Source of the DNA: an uncultured candidate division Zixibacteria bacterium | GTDB lineage: Bacteria; Zixibacteria; MSB-5A5; UBA10806 | Assembly: GCA_963817915.1 (NCBI GenBank) | Contig: CAWFQL010000011.1 | Span: 32,001-96,000 of the forward strand | DNA length: 64,000 nucleotides | Direction: 5' to 3' | In this document: positions 21,151-31,443 of the stretch, one piece after another | How the letters are laid out: each line of letters starts with the position of its first letter | Numbering within the stretch: the first letter of the stretch is position 1 | The notes under the pieces: generated by a model | Databases searched by the model: none | What the model was told of the DNA's origin: nothing | The model's input: the letters and a program-made list of their open reading frames with translations, nothing else | Program-made: the position numbers and the translations under genes

Positions 21151-23274
21151 ATGAAGAAGATTTGCTACTTGTTGATAATTTTATTGATTTTGAGTTTGGG
21201 TCTATCGATTAATTTCCCTGCTTACGCTCAGAATGTAGAATATGTCGGCTCGGCATTGTGGTCCAATGTCGACGATGTCAAAATTGTTGGAGATTATGCC
21301 TATTGTGTATTTGCAAATGGCTTAGTGGTCCTAAATATATCAGATCCGGCCTCGCCTTCATTTGTTAGCAAATTGTATCTACAAGGATTTGGATCAGCCA
21401 TTGATATCGTAGGCGATTACGCTTATATCTCCGATTTTTCATCCGGTTTACATGTAATAAATATCGCCGATCTTGGCAATCTTGTCTATGTCGGAAACTA
21501 TGTTACCCCATCCCATGCTCAGGATATCGATGTTTCAGGTAATTACGCATATATCGCGGATAGTTATAGTCTTCAGGTGGTTGACATATCAAACCCGGCT
21601 AATCCAGTTCACAGCGGCAGTTATAGCGATCCATATGATCAGATATTTGTGGTTTTTGTTCAGGGCAATTACGCGTATGTCGCGGGCGGGGGTTCAGGAA
21701 TTCAGGTGATAGATTTATCTGATCCAACCAATCCATATCTGGCCGCGAATACTTACCTGCCTGGCCAGGTTTATGGCATTTTCATCCAGGGGAATTATGC
21801 ATATACTGCCAATTATGATTCGGGTCTCTGGATAGTCGATATTTCCGATCCCCTAAATCCTTTTTCAATCGGCAACTGTGATGCACTGGTCGATGCACAT
21901 GGAGTTACGGTAGCTGGTAGTTATGCTTACGTAACGGATTATGATTCAGTTTTGGTAATAAATGTAGCAGACCCCGCCGATCCAACGCCTGTAGGTAGTT
22001 TTGAAACGCCAGGGTATGCTCAGAAGCTTGTTGTCGACGATAGCCGTATTTATGTGGCAGAGGGATATTCCGGCCTTCGAATATTAGATGTATCCAGTCC
22101 GGCGAATCCAGTTTTTGTCGGAATCTATGATACCCCGGGCCAAACTCGCGGAATTTTCGTTAGTGGCAATTATGCTTATGCAAATGATTATCATTTCGGT
22201 CTTAGGATATTAAATATAGCTGATCCGGCGAATCCAAATAGCGTGGGGAGCTACGACACGTTAAGATGGTCTGACGATGTTTTTGTTCAGGATGATTATG
22301 CCTATATGGCCGACTATGATTCAGGTTTTCAGGTGATTAATATTTCAGATCCAGCCAATCCAGTATTAGCCGGAAGCTGTGATTCATCTATTTCATGGGG
22401 GAATGTTTTTGTGCAGGGCAATTATGCCTATATGACAAATTCAAACTATGGATTTCAAATTGCCGATATTTCGAATCCCCTTAATCCCGTATTTGCCGGT
22501 GGCTTTGATACACCGGGTTATGCCCAGAAAGTATTTGTCCAAGATAATTATGCCTATGTGGCGGATATGGATTTAGGTTTGCAGATTATCGATATCTCCG
22601 ACCCATTCAACCCCGAATATGCCGGTAGCTATAATTTTCTTCCTTGGGCCTGGAGCGTTTCTGTCCATGAGAATTATGCGTTTGTTACAGATTATAATGC
22701 CGGTGTAGTGGTATTGGACGTCTCAAATCCACGGGATCCCATATATATCGGAAGCTGCGAATTTGCGGGTTCTCCCCGTGAAATTTATATCTCGGGTGAT
22801 TACGCTTATGTAACTGTAGATAATATGGGTATTCAAATTATAAATATATCAAACCCGGCAATACCTATTTATGTAGGAAGCTATAATACTTCAAGCTTTG
22901 CCGAGGGAATTTTTGTTCAGGGTGACTATATTTATTTGGCAGACAATTCTTCGCTTATGATTTTGCATTATGATAACCCGACAGGTGTTGACGAAAAAGA
23001 AAATATCCCGAATGAATTTTCCCTCTCCCAAAACTACCCCAATCCCTTCAACGCCCGGACAATGATTGAATACGACTTGCCAGTACAATCTGATGTCTCA
23101 ATCGATATTTTCGATATACTTGGTCGCAACGTAGAGAAGTTGGTGGAAGGTATGAAGTCCGCCGGAAATCATCAGGCAGTATGGGATGCAAGCGGTCAGG
23201 CATCAGGAATCTACTTCTATAGAATCAATGTCGGGGATAGGGTTGAGACGAAAAGGATGACGCTTTTGAAATAA
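21151..23274 (+). CDS. LVIVD-repeat (beta-propeller) secreted protein with T9SS/FlgD-type C-terminal domain
   Basis: About 14 repeats of V.GNYAY.A....GL.I.DISDP.NP...G; tail LSQNYPNPFN...SGIYFY...KRMTLLK. Confidence 0.92.
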   Translation: MKKICYLLIILLILSLGLSINFPAYAQNVEYVGSALWSNVDDVKIVGDYAYCVFANGLVVLNISDPASPSFVSKLYLQGFGSAIDIVGDYAYISDFSSGLHVINIADLGNLVYVGNYVTPSHAQDIDVSGNYAYIADSYSLQVVDISNPANPVHSGSYSDPYDQIFVVFVQGNYAYVAGGGSGIQVIDLSDPTNPYLAANTYLPGQVYGIFIQGNYAYTANYDSGLWIVDISDPLNPFSIGNCDALVDAHGVTVAGSYAYVTDYDSVLVINVADPADPTPVGSFETPGYAQKLVVDDSRIYVAEGYSGLRILDVSSPANPVFVGIYDTPGQTRGIFVSGNYAYANDYHFGLRILNIADPANPNSVGSYDTLRWSDDVFVQDDYAYMADYDSGFQVINISDPANPVLAGSCDSSISWGNVFVQGNYAYMTNSNYGFQIADISNPLNPVFAGGFDTPGYAQKVFVQDNYAYVADMDLGLQIIDISDPFNPEYAGSYNFLPWAWSVSVHENYAFVTDYNAGVVVLDVSNPRDPIYIGSCEFAGSPREIYISGDYAYVTVDNMGIQIINISNPAIPIYVGSYNTSSFAEGIFVQGDYIYLADNSSLMILHYDNPTGVDEKENIPNEFSLSQNYPNPFNARTMIEYDLPVQSDVSIDIFDILGRNVEKLVEGMKSAGNHQAVWDASGQASGIYFYRINVGDRVETKRMTLLK

Positions 23275-23283
23275 TTCTATTCG

Positions 23284-23309
23284 GCGGTCGGGTCAGGCGA
23301 CCCGACCGC
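23284..23309. repeat. REP-like palindrome (may also act as terminator)
   Basis: GCGGTCGGGTC-AGGC-GACCCGACCGC. Confidence 0.8.
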
Positions 23310-23458
23310 ACAAAGTAATCATTTGAAATAATAATCGTATAGCGACCGTCAAACAGCGATTGACTTTCAGAGCAAATTAATTATATTATTATTATTCAAA
23401 ATGGGGTAAGATTTATTTACCCTTCGAAATTTTGAAATTTCTCACAAGGAGAATTATC

Positions 23459-25192
23459 ATGAAATTTTATCGATTACATTTTTTGCTTCTATCCATACTC
23501 GCCCTTACCTGTATATTATTTGCCTCAGCGGCGATTGCACAATGGTCCACCAATCCGGCCGTTAATAACGCCATCTGCACCAATTATTATAATCAGAACC
23601 AAATTCAGATGGTAAGCGATGGAAGCGGAGGCGCGATTATCGCGTGGGTCGATTATCGAACTCAACCATTATATACGATTTTTGCTCAACGGATAAATAG
23701 CGGCGGAGTTATTCAGTGGACAGCCGATGGTGTTCAAGTTTCATCTTCGTCTGTAAATGATTTAAGGCCGTCAATCATAGCTGATGGCGGCGGCGGGGCG
23801 ATTATTACCTGGGTTTCCAATGGCGATTTCGGCAACTTGTATGCACAGCGAATAGATTCAATCGGAACGCAACTCTGGGCCGCAAATGGCGTCAGAGTAT
23901 GTTCTACGACTGTATCAAATCAATCAATCCCGTCATTAGTCAGCGATGGTTACGGAGGGGGCGTCATAGCGTGGAGCGACAGCAGGAATAACGGGGTTAC
24001 CGGTGGCGATGGTGTTTACGCCCAGCGTATTGATGCATCTGGTGCGATTCAATGGATCGTAAACGGCGTTGAAGTCGCGGATACTAACCTATATCAGGGC
24101 GCGTCTTTGCAGGCGGCAAGCGACGGGAACGGCGGCGCCATCATTGTGTGGGAGGACAACCGCGCAGTCACAATATCAGAATTATATACCCAGAAAATTA
24201 ATGGACTTGGTGTCACGCTGTGGGAGACCAATGGTGTTCTCATAAATTCAGTTACTGGAGGCAGTCTCTACCCTCAATTGATTGGTGACGCCGGCGGAGC
24301 TATCATTTGCTGGGTTGATAGACGTAATGGTAATACCGATTGGAATATATATGCCCAGAAAATCAGCGCCGGCGGTATTGTACAATGGACTACAAACGGC
24401 CTGGCCATCTGTCTGGCGGCCAGCAATCAGAATTCTCCAGTGCTGGCATCTGATGGAAATGGCGGCGCAATTATTACCTGGAACGAGCAGGGTACGGGCA
24501 TCCCAGATCCGAATATTTACGCGCAACGTGTAAATGCAGGCGGGACAGTTCAATGGGCGGCAAATGGCGTGGGCGTATGTTTGGCCACGGGCTTACAGGG
24601 TTTTCCTCAATTGACCTCTGCTGGAAATGGCGGCGCGGTTATTACATGGCAAGATTCCAGGACTAATAATACACCGGATATCTATGCGCAAAAAATAGAT
24701 TCCACTGGTGCATCTATATGGACTACCGATGGGGTTGCCGTTAGTACGGCTACTTTTGTTCAATCATTTCCTATTATCATTGATGATGGCACAAATGGAA
24801 TGATTGTCGCCTGGACCGATTATAGAAATGATTTGGGTAGCCAAAGAAATGATATTTATGCCCAGCGGGTAAGAGCTGATGGTTCACTCGGAGGCTTAAC
24901 TGGCATAGATGATGAGCATTCTCAGGTGACAACTTTCACTCTCAGCCCTAACTACCCCAACCCGTTCAACGCACAGACTATGATTCAATACTCTTTGCCG
25001 ATGCAATCAAATGTCTCAATCGACATTTTCGATATCCTTGGCCGCAAGATTGAAACACTTGTTGAAGGTGTAAAGCATGCTGGCAATCATCAGGCAATCT
25101 GGGATGCGAGCAACCAAGTATCGGGAATCTACTTCTATAGCATCAAAGCGGGGGATAGGATCGAGACGAAAAAGATGACGCTTTTGAAGTGA
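23459..25192 (+). CDS. secreted repeat protein (DG.GGAII.W.D.R repeats, probable beta-propeller) with T9SS/FlgD-type C-terminal domain
   Basis: About 8 repeats of SDG.GGAII.W....IYAQ.I...G...W..NG; same C-terminal tail as the previous gene. Confidence 0.9.
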   Translation: MKFYRLHFLLLSILALTCILFASAAIAQWSTNPAVNNAICTNYYNQNQIQMVSDGSGGAIIAWVDYRTQPLYTIFAQRINSGGVIQWTADGVQVSSSSVNDLRPSIIADGGGGAIITWVSNGDFGNLYAQRIDSIGTQLWAANGVRVCSTTVSNQSIPSLVSDGYGGGVIAWSDSRNNGVTGGDGVYAQRIDASGAIQWIVNGVEVADTNLYQGASLQAASDGNGGAIIVWEDNRAVTISELYTQKINGLGVTLWETNGVLINSVTGGSLYPQLIGDAGGAIICWVDRRNGNTDWNIYAQKISAGGIVQWTTNGLAICLAASNQNSPVLASDGNGGAIITWNEQGTGIPDPNIYAQRVNAGGTVQWAANGVGVCLATGLQGFPQLTSAGNGGAVITWQDSRTNNTPDIYAQKIDSTGASIWTTDGVAVSTATFVQSFPIIIDDGTNGMIVAWTDYRNDLGSQRNDIYAQRVRADGSLGGLTGIDDEHSQVTTFTLSPNYPNPFNAQTMIQYSLPMQSNVSIDIFDILGRKIETLVEGVKHAGNHQAIWDASNQVSGIYFYSIKAGDRIETKKMTLLK

Positions 25193-25199
25193 TTGTTTT

Positions 25200-25223
25200 C
25201 GGTCGGGTCAGGTGACCCGACCG
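25200..25223. repeat. REP-like palindrome
   Basis: CGGTCGGGTC-AGGT-GACCCGACCG, same family as 23284-23309. Confidence 0.8.
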
Positions 25224-25286
25224 CACTGATGGATGTGGTTGGTGTGGAGCGTGATTCGTCGGAAATAATTTTTAAAGGATAATGGG

Positions 25287-26216
25287 CTAATTCGCGAATT
25301 CTGGAATCGGATTTCCCGAATATATTTTGCCCCAGGACGGTACGGCCTCGGGTGAGAATGAATGAATTTCTATTTTTACTCCTGCTTTTGAAATATCTAT
25401 AAGATTGATCGAAATTAAGCCGGAATTAAAACCATCAACCGATCCGCCGGCATTGCTGAAGAATATCCCATTTTTCCTGTATTCGGCTGATTCGTGAATG
25501 TGACCGTGAAGTACCAGTTCAATTTTATGCTTTTTGAAGAATTCCAAAAGCCTGGCCTTTCCATGGAGTTTGAGCGTCTCCCATTCGAGGCGGCGAAGGC
25601 CTAACGGATGGAAATTGGTATTCAGGTTAGTGAATTCACAAAAATGATGGTGCATCATAATTATTTTATTTTTATCGCGAATTTCGGCCAGTTTTAGAAA
25701 ACAATCGATTTCACTAATTTGCCGATTGGAAACATGGCCGTTCGAGGCAAGGGGATTTTGAAAAAGAGAATAATCCTTTACGGAATTGATACCTATAAGA
25801 ACAGAATCTCCGATGATTTTCGCGAATGGGAATATCGATTTATCGTTAAGTCTATAGATATTCTCGAATGCCTCTGGAAAATAATCCACAAACTCATTTA
25901 TCCGTCGGACATAATTGTTTCTTAACGATTTACCGGGAAATGATATTGCTTCATTTAATGTGTGGATTCCGCCGTGAATTTCATGATTGCCAATAGTCAG
26001 CGATAATTTTCCGGAATCAAGAATCCCTAAATTCTGAAAGATGTCCCTTGCGATATTGAAATCTCCGCGATTGGGGTTATGGACCATATCACCCGTAATG
26101 ACCAAATGGTCAAAACCCATTTCGAGTGCGAAATTCAGAGCCATTTCCGTAAGTCGAATATTGCTGCGTCCTTTAAGCCTGCAGATGTGCAGATCTGAAA
26201 GATGGACTATTCTCAT
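25287..26216 (-). CDS. calcineurin-like metallophosphoesterase
   Basis: SDLH, TGD, GNHE, HH and LHGHIH motifs. Confidence 0.92.
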   Translation of the reverse strand: MRIVHLSDLHICRLKGRSNIRLTEMALNFALEMGFDHLVITGDMVHNPNRGDFNIARDIFQNLGILDSGKLSLTIGNHEIHGGIHTLNEAISFPGKSLRNNYVRRINEFVDYFPEAFENIYRLNDKSIFPFAKIIGDSVLIGINSVKDYSLFQNPLASNGHVSNRQISEIDCFLKLAEIRDKNKIIMMHHHFCEFTNLNTNFHPLGLRRLEWETLKLHGKARLLEFFKKHKIELVLHGHIHESAEYRKNGIFFSNAGGSVDGFNSGLISINLIDISKAGVKIEIHSFSPEAVPSWGKIYSGNPIPEFAN

Positions 26217-26500
26217 TAATTTGCAATTCCTTCTAACATTTACTTTTCTTCAGCAGTATTTTGTCTATTAGGCGAAATATTTCTTTATCTATACTTTGTT
26301 TTCATTTCTGAATATATTAACGTAATTATTGTTATCGTTGAGTTAGCCCGGCATGAAATAATCATTAGATTGTTTTACGGCCATTTCTGAGGCGTCGGAA
26401 ACCAGCTAATTGATTTTTAGCACATGCATAATTCAGGCTTAATAGCAGGAATTTATAATACCCGCACATATCAAACTTCAAAGCCTCGACCCTCCAATAT

Positions 26501-26535
26501 AGGACCCTGCCAACCCTCCAGGCAGGGTTCTTTTT
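26501..26535 (+). terminator. rho-independent terminator on + strand with no + strand ORF upstream
   Basis: GGACCCTGCC / GGCAGGGTTC hairpin followed by a T-run. Confidence 0.7.
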
Positions 26536-26692
26536 GGTTTTTTTGGAGAATTAGAACCGATATAATAGAGTTTTAAAGCAATGAAATATGTTAATAATTT
26601 ATTCAATTAATTAATTATTTTTATCCGCCCACGTTTTAATGGGCCGGATTAGCCACCTTTGGCAAGAGAATTATAATTTAGCTTCTCTGATC

Positions 26693-27029
26693 CTAAAGGC
26701 GACTCAATCCGGAAATGAGCGCACTGAGAAATAGAATGCAAATTATAAAAAACAAATTCGGAGCCACATTGGACCAAAGCTCCCGCAAATCATCTTGATA
26801 GTTGAGCATATAAGATTCCTCCGTTGAAATAATGCAAAGTCTCATTGTTCTGCTATTCGCCCCGCAAAATAGTTGGAGCATTCAAATTTATCATTGCAAA
26901 CCTGCCCTGCAGAATTTGATTGGCAACATGAATAAACTTGTCATCCCTTAGTTTTTGCAAATCGAGCCGATGCCATAAATCTTTCTCTTCTTTTAAAGAG
27001 TTCTTTGATTCTCTTTTTCTTTTGATCAT
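26693..27029 (-). CDS. small hypothetical membrane protein (probably frameshifted)
   Basis: AAGGAGG RBS and ATG at about 27029 (MIKRKRESKNS...); hydrophobic C-terminal ORF 26693-26881 is in another frame. Confidence 0.4.
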
Positions 27030-27206
27030 TTATTTCCTCCTTATATCAACTGAGAAAATGAACCACATTGAGATTAGTATTTTATAGGAATTATATTCAT
27101 TTATTATAAAAATTAAGACGCTTGGAAATTCAGATTATGGCGGGGTTTCGATAATATTTGAATGTGATCGATCTTGAGTTTCGATTTGAACAGCGCTGAA
27201 ATTGAA

Positions 27207-27926
27207 TTATTTCTCTTCGGAAGATGCCCGGTCCCAGAAGCGATATCCAATACCGCGAACAGTCTCGATAAATTTTCCGTATTCACCTAATTTCCTTCGG
27301 AGATTTACTATTTGCACATCGACCGCCCTGTCTGTTACGGAGTAATCATCACCGTTAAGGGCATTGATTATCTGGTAACGAGTGAACACCCAGCCAGGCT
27401 TACTAGCCAGTTGGTATAGCAATTGAAATTCTGTGAGAGTGAGATCGACTGTCTTACCCTTGATTTTGACTTCGTGGCGTCCGGGATGAATCGTCATCTC
27501 GTATGCGTTAATAGGCCGTCCGGTAGTAATTTCCGGCAGAGATTTGCGGCGAAAAACAGCTCTTACTCGCGCGATCAGGACTTTGGGGCTGAACGGCTTG
27601 ATTATATAATCTTCAGCGCCAAGGTCAAGTCCGGCTACTATATCGGCATCCTCTACCTTAGCCGAAACCATAATTATTGGCAGCTGGTGTAAGGCTGGAT
27701 CCCTCTTAATTAGCCTGCAAACTTCGAGTCCATTGAGGCCGGGCAACATAATGTCAAGGAGACAGAGATCAAATGATCCTGAATTTGCCATTTGCATGCC
27801 TGCTTCTCCTGTCGGCGCGCATTCTACTTGAAATCGCTCTTTTATCAGGTTGTACCTTATTAACTCCATAATGTTAATATCGTCTTCAATCACAAGGATT
27901 TTTTCACCAGGCATAGATGGCTCCAT
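27207..27926 (-). CDS. OmpR/PhoB-family response regulator (PhoB/PhoP-like)
   Basis: REC domain (LLDIMLPG, KPFS) plus winged helix (LTLTEF, RAVDVQIVNLRRKLG, ETVRGIGYRF). Confidence 0.93.
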   Translation of the reverse strand: MEPSMPGEKILVIEDDINIMELIRYNLIKERFQVECAPTGEAGMQMANSGSFDLCLLDIMLPGLNGLEVCRLIKRDPALHQLPIIMVSAKVEDADIVAGLDLGAEDYIIKPFSPKVLIARVRAVFRRKSLPEITTGRPINAYEMTIHPGRHEVKIKGKTVDLTLTEFQLLYQLASKPGWVFTRYQIINALNGDDYSVTDRAVDVQIVNLRRKLGEYGKFIETVRGIGYRFWDRASSEEK

Positions 27927-28146
27927 TTGTTTTCATCCCAACTTAATAACAACTTGATAAGTTAAAAGCTTATCAAGCTTGGGTTAGGAAGTTGTTAGGC
28001 TGCAACATCATCCCTTCATTTATGCAAAAATGTCCCATTCGAATAGCATAAATTGAATTGGCGGCCTGCGGCGGACCCGACAGCGCATTTCTCCAAGCCT
28101 ATTTTCCCTTTACTCTTAAAAGCAACTGTGTTAATTTCATTCCGCT

Positions 28147-29314
28147 ATGCGAGCATTTGTCTTGATACTCGATTCATGCGGCGTTGGTGAGCTACCCGAC
28201 GCTAATCTATATGGCGATATCGGCTCGAACACATTGGCCAACGTTGCCAAGGCTGTCGGACGGGCTCAAGCTCCCGAATATGCGCGATCTCGGTTTCGGA
28301 AATATTATCGATATAGCCGGCGTTTCGCCAGTCAGCGAACCGTTGATGTCATTCGGCAAAATGATAGAAAAATCGGCGGGCAAAGATTCGACTACCGGTC
28401 ACTGGGAGCATTTCGGCCTGATTACGGAGAAACCATTTCCGACCTACCCGCAGGGCTTCCCACCCGATGTCATCAGGGAATTTGAGCAGAAAACCGGCCG
28501 AAAGGTTATCGGCAATAAAGCGGCATCGGGGACCGAGATTATTAAGGAGCTTGGCGCGGAGCATCTGCAGACCGGAGCGTTAATAGTTTATACTTCGGCG
28601 GACTCGGTTTTTCAGATTGCGGCGCATCGGAAGATTGTCTCGGTAGAGGAGCTATATCGCTATTGCCGTATCGCGCGTGAGATGCTGAGTGGGGAGCATG
28701 GTGTCTCACGAGTTATAGCACGGCCGTTCGATGGCCTACCGGGCGAATTCTATCGCACCGATGAACGTCATGATTTTTCGTTGACTCCTACGACAGAAAC
28801 GGGCCTGAATATACTTTCGGGCGCGGGATTCGAGGTTATCAGCATAGGTAAGATCAATGATTTATTCAACGGCTACGGCGTAACCGAATCATCCCCGACA
28901 AAATCCAACGCCGACGGTATCGATACGCTTGTCGAAGCCATGGAGTCTCGTTTCAATGGGCTCGTTTATATCAATCTTGTCGATTTCGATATGCTCTGGG
29001 GTCATCGCAATGATATCAAGGGATTCGCCGCGGGGTTGGAATATTTCGATAGCCGTCTGAATGAGATATTATCAAAATTGATTCCCGGCGATCTATTCAT
29101 GATTTCAGCCGACCATGGATGTGACCCTACCACACCATCGACCGATCATTCCCGTGAATATGTGCCGATATTGGCGCGAATCGCGGCCTCGGATAAACAT
29201 CAATCATCTAATTTAGGTATACGCGAATCATTCGCCGATCTCGGCGCGACTGTACTGGACTACTTTAGCTTGAAACAACCGACCGGAAAAAGCTTTCTAG
29301 GAGACTTGAAATGA
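28147..29314 (+). CDS. deoB: phosphopentomutase (apparent frameshift near 28260)
   Basis: [55 protein letters not shown]. Confidence 0.95.
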
Positions 29315-29706
29315 TCGAATGGGAAAAACTAATTGCCGCCGCTCGCGAAGTCAGAAAAAACGCCTACGCCAAATTTTCGGGTTTCGAGGTTGGCGCGGCG
29401 ATTCTTACGGATGATGGTAAAATCATAACCGGCTGCAATGTCGAAAACTCGTCGTTCGGACTCACGATCTGTGCCGAACGGACCGCGGTGTTCAAAGCTG
29501 TTTCCGAGGGTGAAAAGAAATTCAAGGCAATAGTAGTGGCATCGGGATCGAATCCGCCTGCCAGGCCTTGCGGAGCCTGCCGCCAGGTGCTGTATGAATT
29601 CAATCCTGATATGAAGATTCTCTGTGTTAATAGTAACAACGAAAAAGATAATTTTGTGCTTTCCGACCTATTGCCCGAAGGCTTCAGGCTGCGCAAGCCG
29701 GAATAA
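29311..29706 (+). CDS. cdd: cytidine deaminase
   Basis: GCNVEN, CAERTA and PCGACRQ motifs. Confidence 0.96.
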   Translation: MIEWEKLIAAAREVRKNAYAKFSGFEVGAAILTDDGKIITGCNVENSSFGLTICAERTAVFKAVSEGEKKFKAIVVASGSNPPARPCGACRQVLYEFNPDMKILCVNSNNEKDNFVLSDLLPEGFRLRKPE

Positions 29707-29711
29707 TAATT

Positions 29712-31016
29712 ATGAATGCAGTCGAGATAATCGCTAAAAAACGCGATGGTGTGAAGCTGTCGCGGGCTGAGATTGCTTTCTTTATTAATTCATATCTGAA
29801 GAACGATATAAAAGATTATCAGATGGCCGCTCTCCTTATGGCTACCTATCTCAAGGGAATGGATTTCGAAGAAACGGGTTGGCTGACTGATGTCATGCTC
29901 AATACAGGGGATATCGTAAAATTTCCAAAGCCTGATAGGATCTATGTTGATAAACATTCCACCGGTGGCGTGGGGGATAAGGTATCGTTAATCTTGGCCC
30001 CGTGGGTGGCGGCTTGTGGTGTGAAAGTGCCGATGCTTTCAGGGCGCGGGCTTGGGCATACCGGCGGGACATTGGATAAGTTGGAATCGATTCCCGGATA
30101 CCGCACTAATTTGTCGTTGGATGAATTCAAGAAGGGTGTCGAGAAAATCGGATGTATTATTTCAGGCCAGACACCTGAGATTGCCCCGGCTGACAAGGCG
30201 ATGTATGCTTTGCGAGATGTCACTTCCACGGTCGAATCGATACCCTTGATCTGCGGCAGTATTCTTTCGAAGAAATTCGCGGCGGGGCCGAGCGGATTGG
30301 TATTCGATGTCAAATGCGGCAATGGCGCCTTCATGAAGGATATCAAATCGGCCGATCAACTGGCGCGCAACCTTATCGGTGTCTGCAAGGCGATGGGGAA
30401 GAATGTTAAGGCGCTGATAACCGATATGAATCAGCCATTGGGGAGGACCGCCGGGAATTTGTTGGAGGTTGTCGAGACGGTCGAAATCCTCAATGGCGAT
30501 TATCAGGATGATATCTTCAATGTCACTTTGGATTTGGCAGTAGAAATGCTGATAATGTCGGAAGTCGAAACCAACCGTGAAAAGGCGATACAGCTTTTGA
30601 AAAAGAAATTCGCCGATGGGTCCGCATTCGAGAAATTCGAAGAGATGGTTTATTATCAGGGCGGGGACTTGGCGATTTTCAAGAATAAATCCAAGACTCC
30701 CCATGCGGCAATCGTAAAAGACATAAAAGCCATAAAGAGCGGTTACATTATCGGATTCGATACTATGGGGATAGGCCGATTGATAGTCGATATGGGCGGC
30801 GGACGGAAAACTAAGGACGACAAAATCGATCCGCTGGTTGGAATCGAATTCCCATTGAAGATCGGCGACAAAGTAAACGTCGGCGATGTGATTGCCAGAT
30901 TGCATGCCAGAGATGAAAATCAATTCGAGACAGCCGCGGCGCGTTTGAATGAATATATATCAATAACCGATACGAAAATAAATCCGCCGGAGTTGATAAA
31001 GAGGACGATAGCTTGA
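29712..31016 (+). CDS. pdp: pyrimidine-nucleoside / thymidine phosphorylase
   Basis: DKHSTGGVGDK and SGRGLGHTGGTLDKLESIPG. Confidence 0.95.
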   Translation: MNAVEIIAKKRDGVKLSRAEIAFFINSYLKNDIKDYQMAALLMATYLKGMDFEETGWLTDVMLNTGDIVKFPKPDRIYVDKHSTGGVGDKVSLILAPWVAACGVKVPMLSGRGLGHTGGTLDKLESIPGYRTNLSLDEFKKGVEKIGCIISGQTPEIAPADKAMYALRDVTSTVESIPLICGSILSKKFAAGPSGLVFDVKCGNGAFMKDIKSADQLARNLIGVCKAMGKNVKALITDMNQPLGRTAGNLLEVVETVEILNGDYQDDIFNVTLDLAVEMLIMSEVETNREKAIQLLKKKFADGSAFEKFEEMVYYQGGDLAIFKNKSKTPHAAIVKDIKAIKSGYIIGFDTMGIGRLIVDMGGGRKTKDDKIDPLVGIEFPLKIGDKVNVGDVIARLHARDENQFETAAARLNEYISITDTKINPPELIKRTIA

Positions 31017-31029
31017 CGGGATAACCGCC

Positions 31030-31420
31030 TTGGTAAAGACGCAAGATTTTGCGTCTCTACAGGAATCGTGTTCGGACAGGTCGTAGTCATGACATGAAAT
31101 GTCGGGGCGTGACCTGTCCGCTTTAGGGTAGCTCAATCAGGTCACGTCCGCAGTGGCGGACTACGACCTGACTGAACCCGTAAACAAATTTTTTGTGGTG
31201 TCGGGTCGCCTGACCCGACACATATAATTCGAGCGTTTTCTGTCGGGTGCGGAGACCCGACAGCACCTGTCAACCCATAAACAATTGCGCTCTTACTATC
31301 TATTGAATTGCCGCTCGCTTTTGTGTATATTTAATCGCTTTAGTGGTGTCGGGTCGCCTGACCCGACACTTATAAATTGAGGTTTTTCTGTCGGGTGCGG
31401 AGACCCCACAGCACCTTTGA
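31030..31420. repeat. mosaic REP-like cluster including two REPIN-like doublets
   Basis: GACGCAAGATTTTGCGTC; CAGGTC...GACCTG pair; doublets GTGGTGTCGGGTCGCCTGACCCGACAC ... TGTCGGGTGCGGAGACCC(G/C)ACAGCACC at 31195-31267 and 31343-31416. Confidence 0.85.
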
Positions 31421-31443
31421 ATGCTGTTTAGGAGCAAATTAGA

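Noticed and set aside
23020..25223. Diversity-generating retroelement (TR/VR) or integron attC cassettes
   Set aside because: Differences between the tails are not adenine-specific, no reverse transcriptase or IntI is present, and the hairpins lack RYYYAAC/GTTRRRY ends.
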